The notes: generated by a model not told the origin, from the sequence alone. Counted from the stretch's first letter, positions 43,798-54,312 are shown. The stretch: DNA of 64,000 nt from Minisyncoccota bacterium (GCA_035583355.1 DATEZQ010000003.1:65844-129843), one strand, 5' to 3'. Program-made: numbers and translations.

Positions 43798-46500
43798 ATG
43801 AAATATTCCGCATTTATCATCGGACTTTTATTCCCTGTATTCGCTTTTGCGAGCTGTACAGACTTTCCTCGTGATATGAAGGCAGGCATGAAGGGGTCGG
43901 ATGTCTTTGCACTCCAGCGCATACTTAATAATGATGTACGCACATTAGTCGCAAAGACTGGTCCTGGTTCTCCGGGATATGAGCAAGATGTTTTTAATGA
44001 TAAGACAACCATTGCACTCAAGGCATTTCAAGAGTTTTATGGATTAACGAGTGCAATCCCGGGAGTTGCTGACGTGCCTACGCGCATCAAGCTTTCTCGA
44101 TTATCGTGTGAGATCGATGTCGCTCCACCCCAGCCAGTTGTCGCGACGAGCACAAAACTTGGCTCAGGTATTTGTGCTGCAATCACACTCGCGCCACTAC
44201 CAAGGCCAAAAGTCGTTTTGGAGCAGCCTATTACCATGAAGGTGCGCAGGGGGGAGACTTTTTCCCTCTTCGGAAAAAACTTCACTGAGAATAATACGAT
44301 TGATGTTGATGGAAAAAGTCTCTGTTTGAAATCAAGCAGTGACGGTGGTCGTCGTATTGATATTATGATTCCTCGCGATGCTGCGCTCGGAAGTCAGTAT
44401 ATTCGCGTGACTAATAAATATGGTGTCAGTAATTTGATCAAGGTGCAGATTCTTGAGGCTGCTGACAGTGCGCGAGGGACAAGTGAGTGTCTCAATATCA
44501 CCCGAACACTCGTTGAGGGTAGTAAGGGTAAAGACGTACTTGCACTGCAAAAGTTCCTTAATAGTGATTCACGCACGCAGATTGATGTGGAAGGTTCGGA
44601 GAGTATTGGAAAAGAGACAGAAGTTTTTAGCGCAAAGACGAAGATGGGCGTCAAGCTATTTCAGAAGCTTTACGCGGCAGATATCTTGAGACCAGCGGGG
44701 CTTGTGCAACCGAACGGTGTGATAGGTGCGCTTGCGCGAAAGAAGATTAGCGCGCTTACCGATTGTCCAGTAGAGGTTACACTTCCACCGTCAAAGGAGA
44801 GGCCGGTGCTCACTGGTGTGTCCCCTGCTACTGCTTCTGCGGGTGATCAGATTATCATTCGTGGAAATAATTTTGCATCGCAGAATACGGTGCTCTTTGG
44901 AGGAAAGGTGTTTGGTCCATATGCAAGCACAGAGGGAAAAACGATTATACTTACTCTTTCTTCAAAGGTACCTGCAGGCAAACAGGATATCAAAGTGAAG
45001 ACGAGTGCGGGAACAAGTAACGCAGTTGGATTTACGGTCACTACTTCAAACAGTAAGGCTCCAAAGATCATAACGATTGATCCACTCCGTGCAAAACCAG
45101 GAGCTTCGATTCGTATTACTGGTTCTGGATTTACTGATGCAGGAAATGAGGTGACGAGCGTGGATGGAAGTATTGCGGTCAAGGGTATCGCCGCAAGCGC
45201 AGCGGGGACCGTACTCAGTTTCCAGGTTCCCACGTCAGCTACCGTAGGTACACAAGTTATCAGGGTAGTTAATAGTAATGGACAGAGTAATACACGCACC
45301 TTCTCGATTGAAGTTGAGAAAGTTATTCCTCCTCCGACGATTGACGCACTCACTCCCCCAATCACGAAGCAGGGTGGCACAGTGATGATTGAAGGTCACA
45401 ACTTCTTTGAACCTGTTACGGTTTATATCGACAAGGTCCCCCTTGCGAGCGCTCAAAGAGCCGGTGGTAGTACACGTATCGTGCTTACGGTGCCACCACT
45501 TACGGCTACGGGGACGCATCAGGTAAGTGTAAGTACTGATAAGGGAGAGAGCAATCCTAAGCAGCTCGAAGTACTCGACATAAATTCAGATATGCCAGTA
45601 ATCGAACGCATTGATCCCGCTTCTGGTCCCCTTGGTACAGCAATAACAATAACCGGACGTAACTTCAAGCAATCGAATTTTGTAAATCTTGATGGTGCGT
45701 TTTCTGGAAATGCTCCTTCAGGCGGTGATGGAACTCTTTCGACATTCACTTTGCGCTTTGGCACCACTGGTGCACACATGCTTACACTGACAAATATTGC
45801 AGGACAAAGTAATGCAGTTCCGTTTACAATTACTGAAAAGGAAGAAGTCGCGTTGCCACCAGTTATAAACACAATTCTTCCTGAAACGACGATTGCAGCG
45901 GGAACCTTCCAGTTGTTTGGTAGTAATTTCGGCTCAAAAGCAACGGTGCATATTGGTTCCATGACACTTCCAGAGTCGGTTACGACATCAAGTGGTGTCA
46001 TATCCGTGAATACTCCAACAAGCTTAACTCCAGGCACCTACCAAGTGTGGATCGTAAATACAGGAGGAACAAGCAATAAGGTTAATCTCACAATCACGAC
46101 GAGTGGTGGCGGTGGAGGTGGTGGTGGCGGTGGTGGAGGAGGTGGCTATGATCCACGCCGAAAGCCAGTCATCTACAGTCTTAATCCAAACAAGGTTGAT
46201 CGCGTAAAATGCCTTGCAAGCGGAGGAATACGCTTCACGATAAATGGAACGAACTTCTCTACTTCATCAGTAAATGTCATTAAGGCCGGCCTTGGCGGAG
46301 AGCAGCAGATGGTGTCCCCAAATGGTTCAACGTTGTATTTCCAAGCAGGCGACTTCAAGGACGCAATTCCATGTATCAAGCCCTCGATGAAACCGACGGA
46401 TGATCTCGATGTTTATGTTTACGTACAAAATATGTATGGTACCAGTGAGGGAAAGATCTTTACCGTAAAAGGTCTCGATCCCCTCTCGTCACCATTCTAA
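43798..46500 (+). CDS. Large secreted surface protein with multiple PG-binding-like domains, at least 6 IPT/TIG-like domains and a poly-Gly linker. The ORF track starts at 43726; the start is taken at MKYSAF after a TATAAT
   Basis: Two PG_binding_1-like modules (MKGSDVFALQRILN..., SKGKDVLALQKFLN...). Repeated P.I..I.P..G..G..I.I.G.NF IPT signatures. GGGGGGGGGGGGGG at the DNA tract 46104..46146. Confidence 0.65.
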   Translation: MKYSAFIIGLLFPVFAFASCTDFPRDMKAGMKGSDVFALQRILNNDVRTLVAKTGPGSPGYEQDVFNDKTTIALKAFQEFYGLTSAIPGVADVPTRIKLSRLSCEIDVAPPQPVVATSTKLGSGICAAITLAPLPRPKVVLEQPITMKVRRGETFSLFGKNFTENNTIDVDGKSLCLKSSSDGGRRIDIMIPRDAALGSQYIRVTNKYGVSNLIKVQILEAADSARGTSECLNITRTLVEGSKGKDVLALQKFLNSDSRTQIDVEGSESIGKETEVFSAKTKMGVKLFQKLYAADILRPAGLVQPNGVIGALARKKISALTDCPVEVTLPPSKERPVLTGVSPATASAGDQIIIRGNNFASQNTVLFGGKVFGPYASTEGKTIILTLSSKVPAGKQDIKVKTSAGTSNAVGFTVTTSNSKAPKIITIDPLRAKPGASIRITGSGFTDAGNEVTSVDGSIAVKGIAASAAGTVLSFQVPTSATVGTQVIRVVNSNGQSNTRTFSIEVEKVIPPPTIDALTPPITKQGGTVMIEGHNFFEPVTVYIDKVPLASAQRAGGSTRIVLTVPPLTATGTHQVSVSTDKGESNPKQLEVLDINSDMPVIERIDPASGPLGTAITITGRNFKQSNFVNLDGAFSGNAPSGGDGTLSTFTLRFGTTGAHMLTLTNIAGQSNAVPFTITEKEEVALPPVINTILPETTIAAGTFQLFGSNFGSKATVHIGSMTLPESVTTSSGVISVNTPTSLTPGTYQVWIVNTGGTSNKVNLTITTSGGGGGGGGGGGGGGYDPRRKPVIYSLNPNKVDRVKCLASGGIRFTINGTNFSTSSVNVIKAGLGGEQQMVSPNGSTLYFQAGDFKDAIPCIKPSMKPTDDLDVYVYVQNMYGTSEGKIFTVKGLDPLSSPF
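46104..46146 (+). repeat. (GGN)14 simple-sequence tract encoding poly-Gly
   Basis: agtggtggcggtggaggtggtggtggcggtggtggaggaggtggc read directly. In-frame and potentially slippage-prone. Confidence 0.8.
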
Positions 46501-46559
46501 GGTAATGAAAAACTGCCCCATCTATGGAGCAGTTTTTCATTGATGCTATAATACGTTAC

Positions 46560-47678
46560 ATGAATACACGATATGGAATTTACTTAGGAGCGTTAGTGTT
46601 GTCTGGGGTGCTTCCAATTGTTGCCAGTGCTGCGTGCATTCCTTTGATAGGGACGCTACAGTTAGGCACAAAGAGCGAGGAAGTGCGCATGCTTCAGCAG
46701 TTTCTCAATACACGCGCTTCAACAACGGTTGCGTACATAGGGAGTGGCTCTATAGGTAATGAGACAAATTACTTTGGTCCAGCAACAAAAAATGCAGTAG
46801 TAAAATTTCAGACAATATTTGCAAATGAGGTGCTCGTTCCTGCAGGGCTTTCAGAGGCGACCGGTATTGTCGGAAAGTTTTCTCGTGAGGAAATAAATAA
46901 GCAGCTCTGTGCGCAGGGGGGTGTGAAGCCAGTAACAACAACTACGGTTACCCAAAAGGCTGCACAAGAAAATTTTGCAAAAGAGATCGCATTACGTTCG
47001 GAGGCATTGGCTGAAAAGATTAATGCACTCCGTCTGAGTGTAGCTACAAACATTGCAAAAACACAAAGCTCCTTTGCGGGAACAACACTTGTTCCTCAAT
47101 CAAGTATTACCCCACCCGCACTAGACTCATCGAGTAAGGATCTCCCTCTCCAGATATTCACCATTGACCCCTTTATTGCTAAGATCGGCGATAGGGTCAC
47201 AATCAAAGGGACGGGAATCGTTGCGGGCACAAGTGTACGCATTGGCGGTACTGCTTATCCACTCACGATAGTGAGTGATGGAAGTGCTGCGACATTTGAG
47301 ATAAAGACAGGGTTTCCTCTTGGAAAGTACTATGCAACTCTCGAAAATAGTGGAAAGAAAAGCAATGATCGCGTGTTTGTGGTTGTGGCAGATACAACAA
47401 AAATTCCTGTGATTGAAGGCATTTCTCCCGATACAGGAAATATCGGTACGACCATTACTCTTACGGGTCAAAATTTTGCCGCAAAGAATGATATCTTCAC
47501 CTCAATCGGTACGATATATGATGTACGTTCATCGGATGGAAAAACACTAAGCTTCCCTGTTACTGCAGATACGACATATCTTAATAACAATGGGAAAATA
47601 ATCCCATACCTTGCGTATTTCGTTGCCGTCGTCAACGAGAATGGAATCTCTGGGTTTAAAGAGTTTAAAATACGATAA
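46560..47678 (+). CDS. Secreted protein with a PG-binding-like domain and IPT/TIG domains, paralogous to 42506..43729. The ORF track starts at 46524
   Basis: LQLGTKSEEVRMLQQFLN...NYFGPATKNAVVKFQ, and C-terminal PVIEGISPDTGNIGTTITLTGQNFAAKNDIFTSIG nearly identical in pattern to the 42506 protein. Confidence 0.65.
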   Translation: MNTRYGIYLGALVLSGVLPIVASAACIPLIGTLQLGTKSEEVRMLQQFLNTRASTTVAYIGSGSIGNETNYFGPATKNAVVKFQTIFANEVLVPAGLSEATGIVGKFSREEINKQLCAQGGVKPVTTTTVTQKAAQENFAKEIALRSEALAEKINALRLSVATNIAKTQSSFAGTTLVPQSSITPPALDSSSKDLPLQIFTIDPFIAKIGDRVTIKGTGIVAGTSVRIGGTAYPLTIVSDGSAATFEIKTGFPLGKYYATLENSGKKSNDRVFVVVADTTKIPVIEGISPDTGNIGTTITLTGQNFAAKNDIFTSIGTIYDVRSSDGKTLSFPVTADTTYLNNNGKIIPYLAYFVAVVNENGISGFKEFKIR

Positions 47679-47680
47679 TT

Positions 47681-48046
47681 ATGAAAAAAACAATTGCACT
47701 CACGCTTGGTCTTGCCATGCTCGCACTGCTTCCCTCTGTTGCAGCAGCAACGACTGGTCTCATCCCTTTTGGGGGAAATGTGATGTGGACGATTCCTTGT
47801 ACGTGCAGTGGAAATGTCCTTGTGTATGTAGGGCCACCAAACTTTGGGAGCTTCATGTATCAGCCGACGATTCCAGGGATTCCCGCAGGTACCGATGTGT
47901 TTATGAATTATCTTCCAATGAAAGTTGGTTCATATGTCCTCGGCCTTGCTGAGCCAGCGCCAATGACTTGTCTTGTGTATGCTGGGGTCTCCTGTGTAAC
48001 GGCGGGTGCGGGAGGAATGATGCTTACCGTGGGGACATCACTCTAA
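47681..48046 (+). CDS. Small secreted Cys-containing protein (121 aa)
   Basis: Signal MKKTIALTLGLAMLALLPSVAAA. Four Cys. Last gene of the surface-protein operon. Confidence 0.5.
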   Translation: MKKTIALTLGLAMLALLPSVAAATTGLIPFGGNVMWTIPCTCSGNVLVYVGPPNFGSFMYQPTIPGIPAGTDVFMNYLPMKVGSYVLGLAEPAPMTCLVYAGVSCVTAGAGGMMLTVGTSL

Positions 48047-48050
48047 TTAT

Positions 48051-48082
48051 AAAAAACACACCTCAGTTGAAGTGTGTTTTTT
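48051..48082. terminator. Bidirectional rho-independent terminator (aacacac-ctcagttgaa-gtgtgtt with A and T runs)
   Basis: Lies between the convergent surface-protein operon and ksgA. Confidence 0.6.
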
Positions 48083-48908
48083 ATAATTGTTCGATTTCAC
48101 GAGCAAGCATTATCCAGTCTGCGAGCTTAAGATCTTCAGCGCGTACCTTTTCATTGATTCCGCAGCGTTCAAATATAAGTTGGAGCCGAGTTCGGTCTAC
48201 CTTGAGAACATTCACGAGGTTTGTGAGGAGCATTTTGCGGCGACTTGCAAGGCCGGCATGGGTCAACATAAAGAATGTTTTCTCCGAGAAGCCCGAAATA
48301 TTTTTGCGCGAGATGTCCTCAATAGCAATAATGGATGAATCAACTTTTGGTGGAGGGAGGAAAGCTCCTTTGGGAACCTTTGCAACAATGCGTGGTTTGC
48401 CATAAAGCATGGCCGCAAGTGCAAGGTTTCCATATTTTCCATCACGTCCCACAAGCTGCTCTGCGACTTCCTTTTGTATGAGATAGACCATGAGGGTTGG
48501 CTGTCGTACGGGCGGAGTCGTCTCGAGAAACATGCGGAACAATAGGCCGGTAATGTAGTATGGAATATTTGCGATGAGTTTGTAGGGTTTGTTTCCGATG
48601 TGTGATTTTCCGAAAAGTACACGCAATAGTTCTGGATTACGAACATCCCCTTCAAGTAATTGGAATCGCCCCTCCCCTTCCTCTTTCTTGAACCGTTCAT
48701 GGAGGATAGGAATGCAACGTTGGTCCATCTCTATGGCAATGATATGTGCACCAGTCGACAGAAGTGCCTCGGTGAGGACTCCTTCACCAGGTCCGATTTC
48801 GAGAATGACATCCCCTGGGACAATGTGACCCGCTTCAACAATCTCCCTAATTGCTTTATCAGAACGGAGAAAGTGTTGGCCTAGGGTTTTCTTTGCTTCG
48901 ATACTCAT
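48081..48908 (-). CDS. ksgA: 16S rRNA (adenine1518/1519-N6)-dimethyltransferase KsgA/RsmA
   Basis: LGQHFL, VLEIGPGEGVLT SAM-binding motif, and NIPY motif. Confidence 0.9.
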   Translation of the reverse strand: MSIEAKKTLGQHFLRSDKAIREIVEAGHIVPGDVILEIGPGEGVLTEALLSTGAHIIAIEMDQRCIPILHERFKKEEGEGRFQLLEGDVRNPELLRVLFGKSHIGNKPYKLIANIPYYITGLLFRMFLETTPPVRQPTLMVYLIQKEVAEQLVGRDGKYGNLALAAMLYGKPRIVAKVPKGAFLPPPKVDSSIIAIEDISRKNISGFSEKTFFMLTHAGLASRRKMLLTNLVNVLKVDRTRLQLIFERCGINEKVRAEDLKLADWIMLAREIEQL

Positions 48909-48985
48909 GGGATTACTCTAACACAAATTATCATATTGCATATAAAAATAGAGATACCATTTATCATGGGATCTCTATTCTTATC

Positions 48986-49501
48986 TTATCGACAAATGAA
49001 CTCGGGATTGTTGTTGCTGAGTGATGATTCCGTAATTGCCACCATGTTACGCACAGGGAGTTCCTTCCAATATGCCAGCTGAGGACCCTTGGGGTTCGTG
49101 GTGTAACAATAGTAGCGGTAGGCATAGGTTCCCGCAGGTGCATTGTCACCCGTCATGTTGTTGATCGGGTCAACGGGAACTTTTTGCATAAAGGGACTCG
49201 TGCCCGTTGAGAGGAATGAGAGAAAGTCTCCCTGGGAACTGTAGTCCCACCCACCAGCATTTGAGAACGTAGTGCTTGATGCTATGCCGCAAGATGAACC
49301 ATTGGTGATTGGTAAGCAGCCATAGGTGTCGTAATACAAATTGAGTGCGGTGTAGATTTGACGAATATCTGCTGCGCGGCGCGCATCACGACTTTTTGAT
49401 TTTGTTGAAACTAATGTCGCGAGTACGATCGACGAGAGCAGTGCGATTATAGCGATGACTACAAGTAGTTCAATGAGTGTAAAACCAGCGCGTTTTTTCA
49501 T
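48986..49501 (-). CDS. Type IV pilin-like protein (prepilin N-terminal cleavage and methylation motif)
   Basis: MKKRAG|FTLIELLVVIAIIALLSSIVL class III signal. Confidence 0.8.
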   Translation of the reverse strand: MKKRAGFTLIELLVVIAIIALLSSIVLATLVSTKSKSRDARRAADIRQIYTALNLYYDTYGCLPITNGSSCGIASSTTFSNAGGWDYSSQGDFLSFLSTGTSPFMQKVPVDPINNMTGDNAPAGTYAYRYYCYTTNPKGPQLAYWKELPVRNMVAITESSLSNNNPEFICR

Positions 49502-49519
49502 GGTGATATTGTATCGTAT

Positions 49520-51511
49520 TTACCACTGAAATACATCATCATCGAAAGGATCATCAAGGAGGCTGAACTTACGTTTTGGCTGTTCGAGCTTCGGCGGTGT
49601 TTCTCGCTCGATGAGTGACTCGTCGATATCGTCGAGAAATTCACTTGGAAGGGTGTAGTTGCGACTGCCGAAGATGGTGCGCATTGCTGCATGAGAAAGA
49701 AAGACTTTTTTTGCAGCGCGGGTGAGTGCTACATAAAAGAGACGGCGCTCCTCTTCTTGTGCTTCGGGTGAATCATGTTCACGCATCTTGTTTGAAGGGA
49801 AGAGATCTTGCTCCATGCCCGTCACAAATACATAATCGAACTCAAGCCCCTTGCTTGCATGGACGGTCATGAGGCGTACCGCATCGGCGTTACTCATGCG
49901 ATCCTGATCGCTTTCGAGCGCAAGGTCTTCGAGGTACTGGGTGATCCCCTCTGTGCCATCAAAGATATCATAGCGCTTTGCGACGGTGACCAATTCAAGT
50001 ACGTTGCCAAGTCGTTCTATATCTTCATCATCACCTGTTTTGAGCATATTTCCTATTCCACTTTCCTCGATGACAGTCATCAATAGTTGTGAGGGTTTTT
50101 GTACGAGTGCAGCCGCGCGAATACGCTCAAGGATGTCATAGAATTTTTTCACCTTGACCTGCATTGCATTGCTTAAGAGGTGCACTTCATTTGAAAGGAC
50201 TTTTTCGAGTGTTTTTTCACCGATGCCACGTGCGGGGACATTGATGATGCGTGTGAGGTCGAGTTTGTTCTCGGGGTTAAGCGCAGCGCGTAGGTACGCA
50301 AGCGCATCCTTCACCTCCTTGCGATCGTAGAAGCGAGTGCCGAGGACTTGATAGGGGATGCCTGCGAATAGCATTGCTTCTTCAAGTACACGACTCTGTA
50401 CGTTCGTGCGATAGAGGATAGCGATATCGCTTGCCTTGATACCGCTCCCCATAAGAGCAGCTATTTTTTGTGCAATGCGACGAGCCTCATCGATTTCATC
50501 AAATCCTTCGATAATCGTCAGCTTCTCACCCTCATTGTTCTCTGTGAAAAGTACTTTGTCTTTTCGAAGCTCATTCTTTTCGATTACACTATTTGCCGCT
50601 TGCAAAATATTCTTTGTTGAACGGTAATTTTGCTCAAGGAGGATAACCTGTGCATTGGGATAGTCTTTTTCAAAATCCAAAATATTAGCAATCGACGCCC
50701 CTCTCCAGCTATAGATTGATTGATCGGAGTCCCCCACCACACAAATATTACGTCGCTCTCCTGCGAGGAGCTGTGTGAGTGTATATTGCACCGCATTCGT
50801 ATCTTGGTATTCGTCGACGTGGATATACTGCCATTTTCTATTGTAGTACGCACGGATTTCGGGATGTGTCTGCAGGAGACGTACGGTCTTCTCGAGGAGG
50901 TCGTCAAAATCGAGCGCATTCGCTTTGCGTAGTGATTGCTCGTAGAGCTTCATCGTGCGCTCATAAAGCTGTCCCCGGAAATGATCACGCACGGTGGCCG
51001 CAATAGTTTCTGCTGTGCCCATGTTCCCCTTATGCCTACTGATAGCTCCGAGAATCTTTGCGGGGTCATGCTCCTTCGGGTCGAGACTTTGCGCTTTTAG
51101 GGCCTCTTTGATGAGTTTCTTCGCATCATCTTGGTCGATGATTGTTGCCCCTTTTGCGATTCCAATCGCGGTTCCATGCTCTCTCAGGATGGCGATGCCA
51201 AGAGCATGAAAAGTGCTGACCCAGGGGATATTTGCTCCACGGTTAAAAGTGGGTACATGCTCTCTGCCAAGCATTTGGAGGACACGCTCGCGCATTTCTT
51301 TAGCTGCTTTGTTGGTGAACGTGATCGCGAGAATGGCATCTGGTGCCACGCCTTTTTCAATGAGATGTCCGATGCGATGAGTGATCGTCTTCGTTTTGCC
51401 GGCTCCTGCTCCTGCAACGATAAGCACCGGCCCCTCAGTGGCGAGGACCGCTTTTTGCTGTTGTGGGTTAAGTCCCTGCTGCATCTTATCCATTACGACA
51501 TATATTCGCAT
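49520..51511 (-). CDS. pcrA: ATP-dependent DNA helicase PcrA/UvrD/Rep family
   Basis: Motif I AGAGAGKTKTITHRIG, motif II VDEYQDTN, and motif VI VALTRAAKKVFL. Confidence 0.85.
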   Translation of the reverse strand: MRIYVVMDKMQQGLNPQQQKAVLATEGPVLIVAGAGAGKTKTITHRIGHLIEKGVAPDAILAITFTNKAAKEMRERVLQMLGREHVPTFNRGANIPWVSTFHALGIAILREHGTAIGIAKGATIIDQDDAKKLIKEALKAQSLDPKEHDPAKILGAISRHKGNMGTAETIAATVRDHFRGQLYERTMKLYEQSLRKANALDFDDLLEKTVRLLQTHPEIRAYYNRKWQYIHVDEYQDTNAVQYTLTQLLAGERRNICVVGDSDQSIYSWRGASIANILDFEKDYPNAQVILLEQNYRSTKNILQAANSVIEKNELRKDKVLFTENNEGEKLTIIEGFDEIDEARRIAQKIAALMGSGIKASDIAILYRTNVQSRVLEEAMLFAGIPYQVLGTRFYDRKEVKDALAYLRAALNPENKLDLTRIINVPARGIGEKTLEKVLSNEVHLLSNAMQVKVKKFYDILERIRAAALVQKPSQLLMTVIEESGIGNMLKTGDDEDIERLGNVLELVTVAKRYDIFDGTEGITQYLEDLALESDQDRMSNADAVRLMTVHASKGLEFDYVFVTGMEQDLFPSNKMREHDSPEAQEEERRLFYVALTRAAKKVFLSHAAMRTIFGSRNYTLPSEFLDDIDESLIERETPPKLEQPKRKFSLLDDPFDDDVFQW

Positions 51512-51753
51512 AGTATGGCAAGTTTGTCGAAAATGGCTTTATAAAGCCGTTATTCTCTGGAACATTCGGAGTTATGCACTTTTCCATTATACGGCTCATA
51601 TGAGCCATTTCATCGGCAGTGTTCAATTAATATGGCTTAACATAGCCATTTTTTACTCACTTTTCGAGTCCAAAAGTCATTGACTGAACGTGTGGCCTAG
51701 GATACCCTTATATAACTGACGCAGTTTTTGTTGTCTGAGAAATACCCTCTCCA

Positions 51754-52857
51754 ATGAAATTGCTCCTACCGACCGAATGCCCCCGACTGCACGATTTAAC
51801 TCAATGGCTTATTCTATCAAAGAACACAAAAATACACATCGGAAATGTATCTATCCGAAGTGTTATATTCTTCGCTCTCCCTCTTAGTTTGGCTCTTCTC
51901 ATCGCACCTGTAGCACACGCAGGCATTCTCGACGAACTCGTCAAGAAGGTTTTTGCGACTTCTTCTGTGGGTGATCATAAATTTACAGCACAGAGCGTCC
52001 CTTTGCTCACTGCTGCAGTTGGTCAGACTGGAGCGGTGGAAGACTATATGATTTCAGATGAAGGAGCGCTGCTTGCCGCATCGGGTCCAGGCGGAGCCGC
52101 AGCTGAGCTCACTGATCTTCAAGTTGAGACCGCCGCTGGTGCTATTAGCACTTACGTTGTTGAGGATAATGATACGATTTCTTCTATTGCAGAGAAGTAT
52201 GGTATTTCTGTGAATACAATTTACTGGGCTAATGGGCTCAATCGTAAAAGCAAGCTGAAGATTGGTCAAACATTGGTGATTCTTCCTATTACTAGTGTCC
52301 AGCACAAGGTGGTAAAGGGTGATACGATCTCAAAAATTGCAAAACGCTATAATGGCGATGCGGATGAAATCATTGCGTACAATGGCCTCGAGGATGGAAC
52401 ACTTACCGCAGGTGAGACAATCATCATTCCTGATGGAGAAATGCCTGCTGCGCCGCTCCCTGCAAAGGTAGCAAGTCGTATAAAGAGCAATCTCGATAGT
52501 GGTCCAGATATGGCAGGGTATTATATTCTTCCTGTGCTTGGCTGCAGAAGGTCTCAGGGAATCCATGGACATAATGGCGTTGACCTTGCATGTCCGATTG
52601 GTACTCCATTGCGTGCAGCAGCTCCTGGTACTGTCATCGTCGCAAATACGAGTGGATGGGGTGGTGGTTATGGTAAGTATGTCGTCATCAAGCATGCAAA
52701 TGGTACACAAACCGTCTATGGACATATGTCGAGCGTGAGTGTTCGCCCTGGTGAAACAGTTGGCCGTGGTGAGTCTATTGGTGCGACGGGAAATTCTGGA
52801 AAATCGACGGGCCCTCATCTACACTTTGAGGTGCGTGGCGCACGTAATCCATTTTAA
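51754..52857 (+). CDS. Secreted peptidoglycan hydrolase: two LysM domains plus an M23 (LytM) metallopeptidase domain
   Basis: LysM: YVVEDNDTISSIAEKYGISVNTIYWANGL and HKVVKGDTISKIAKRYNG. M23: HNGVDLACPIGTPLRAAAPGTV...GHMSS...HLHFEV. Confidence 0.8.
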   Translation: MKLLLPTECPRLHDLTQWLILSKNTKIHIGNVSIRSVIFFALPLSLALLIAPVAHAGILDELVKKVFATSSVGDHKFTAQSVPLLTAAVGQTGAVEDYMISDEGALLAASGPGGAAAELTDLQVETAAGAISTYVVEDNDTISSIAEKYGISVNTIYWANGLNRKSKLKIGQTLVILPITSVQHKVVKGDTISKIAKRYNGDADEIIAYNGLEDGTLTAGETIIIPDGEMPAAPLPAKVASRIKSNLDSGPDMAGYYILPVLGCRRSQGIHGHNGVDLACPIGTPLRAAAPGTVIVANTSGWGGGYGKYVVIKHANGTQTVYGHMSSVSVRPGETVGRGESIGATGNSGKSTGPHLHFEVRGARNPF

Positions 52858-52887
52858 AAAACAATCACATTGTGATTGTTTTTTTAT
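52856..52887. terminator. Bidirectional rho-independent terminator (aacaatca-cattg-tgattgtt with A and T runs)
   Basis: Overlaps the M23 gene stop. Convergent with the pilin gene. Confidence 0.65.
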
Positions 52888-54225
52888 TTAAGGGAGATCG
52901 CTGATGCGTTCAATAGTGACCCATGTGTCAAATCCTGATGATCCAAGATTTGTTGTGCCTCCGCGCCAAATCGTGACACCCACTGCAAGTGTATCTCCTG
53001 CAGCTAGGTCGAGTGTATTTGCGCCCGTTAGGGTTACTCCCGCTGTCCCTGACATAACGACATAGTATGAGTTCAGGCGCCTATAGTCTGCACCATTTTT
53101 CATTGTATTCAGCCATATACTTGCCCCTGCATTTCCCCAGGCATACGCTGCTGTTGCGATTGCCGCACTAATGCGATAGATGCCACTCGTTGGTGCGGTG
53201 AATTTCCAGTTTGATCCGGTGGTCACCGTGTTGAGTGTGTCTGATACTTTTGAGTTGTAGTTAACAATGACGGGCACCCCATGGGTTGTTGCTTGCCCCA
53301 GCGTGCCTATGTAGTGTACGTAGACTGGTGAAGAAGTTTGGCCACCACCTGCGTTCACCCACTGTGTCCCATTACAGTATTGCATCGCATGCGCATTGTA
53401 ATTGTAGCGCATGGTACCTTCTCCCCCCGCTTGCCCTGCTGCACATGTCGTAACAACATCACTTCCTCCTGCACGCACTCCACCTGCAACGTCTAGTGTT
53501 GTTCCGGGAGTCATTGTGCCAATACCTAATCGCTGGTTGAGAATGTCCCAGAATAAATTATTTGTTCCAGATATATGTGTTGCGTCGGTGTAATAGGAGA
53601 CTTGGCCATTTGATGCAGTTTGCGCAAATACTATTGATGGGCCCGAGAAGATACTCCCTCCGAACTGATCTGCCACTGCGGTTGAAGTTGAACTTCCCTG
53701 TGCAACGCTTGATCCAACGCCGAAGATATAGTTGAAACCGAGTGATGATGCCGTGTTCCCATCGCACCCCGCACGAACGGTATTTTCGGGATGCTTCAAG
53801 CTGTCCTGTTCAACCTTGAGAAATACGTTGAATTGCTTACCATCGTCACAAAGTCCGACGTAGTAGTTGTCATCCTGAAAGACCTGATCAAAAAGGCTTC
53901 CCGATGAGTAGACCCCCTCGCCCTTTAGCGCAGAGACGAGCGATGTTGCATAGTCAGCCGTTCCTGACTTTGTTGCGAGTCCGCCACCACTGCTTTGATA
54001 TCCCGCACCCGATACTTTGTATGTGCCCTTTGCGGATTCATGTTCTTCGAGCGCGATGCTGAGTTGTCTTGCATTCGCTATTCGCGAGGCGTCACGCGCC
54101 CGCTTGCGCGCTTCAACAGCCGATGAAAATACAGCGCTTGAGATGAGGGATACGATTGAAATGACAACGAGTAATTCAATAAGAGTGAACCCATTACTAA
54201 GTTTATTCACTAGTGATACTTTCAT
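52888..54225 (-). CDS. Large type IV pilin-like protein (about 445 aa) with a prepilin leader. The ORF track extends to 54243
   Basis: MKVSLVNKLSNG|FTLIELLVVISIVSLISSAVF, then a long Gly/Ser/Thr-rich globular region. Confidence 0.65.
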   Translation of the reverse strand: MKVSLVNKLSNGFTLIELLVVISIVSLISSAVFSSAVEARKRARDASRIANARQLSIALEEHESAKGTYKVSGAGYQSSGGGLATKSGTADYATSLVSALKGEGVYSSGSLFDQVFQDDNYYVGLCDDGKQFNVFLKVEQDSLKHPENTVRAGCDGNTASSLGFNYIFGVGSSVAQGSSTSTAVADQFGGSIFSGPSIVFAQTASNGQVSYYTDATHISGTNNLFWDILNQRLGIGTMTPGTTLDVAGGVRAGGSDVVTTCAAGQAGGEGTMRYNYNAHAMQYCNGTQWVNAGGGQTSSPVYVHYIGTLGQATTHGVPVIVNYNSKVSDTLNTVTTGSNWKFTAPTSGIYRISAAIATAAYAWGNAGASIWLNTMKNGADYRRLNSYYVVMSGTAGVTLTGANTLDLAAGDTLAVGVTIWRGGTTNLGSSGFDTWVTIERISDLP

Positions 54226-54283
54226 TTGTATAGTATAGCACAAATTAGCAATGCACCCCTAGTCCTGATGTCTACGTGAATAT

Positions 54284-54310
54284 AACAAAACCCCTCAAGG
54301 GGGTTTTGTT
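54284..54310 (-). terminator. Rho-independent terminator (aacaaaacccc-tcaa-ggggttttgtt) downstream of the ZIP gene
   Basis: Perfect stem read directly. Confidence 0.6.
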
Positions 54311-54312
54311 AT

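Noticed and set aside
44037-46037. Multiple minus-strand ORFs (72 to 177 aa) inside the 924-aa surface-protein gene
   Set aside because: They are antisense to a long ORF with coherent repeated domain signatures.
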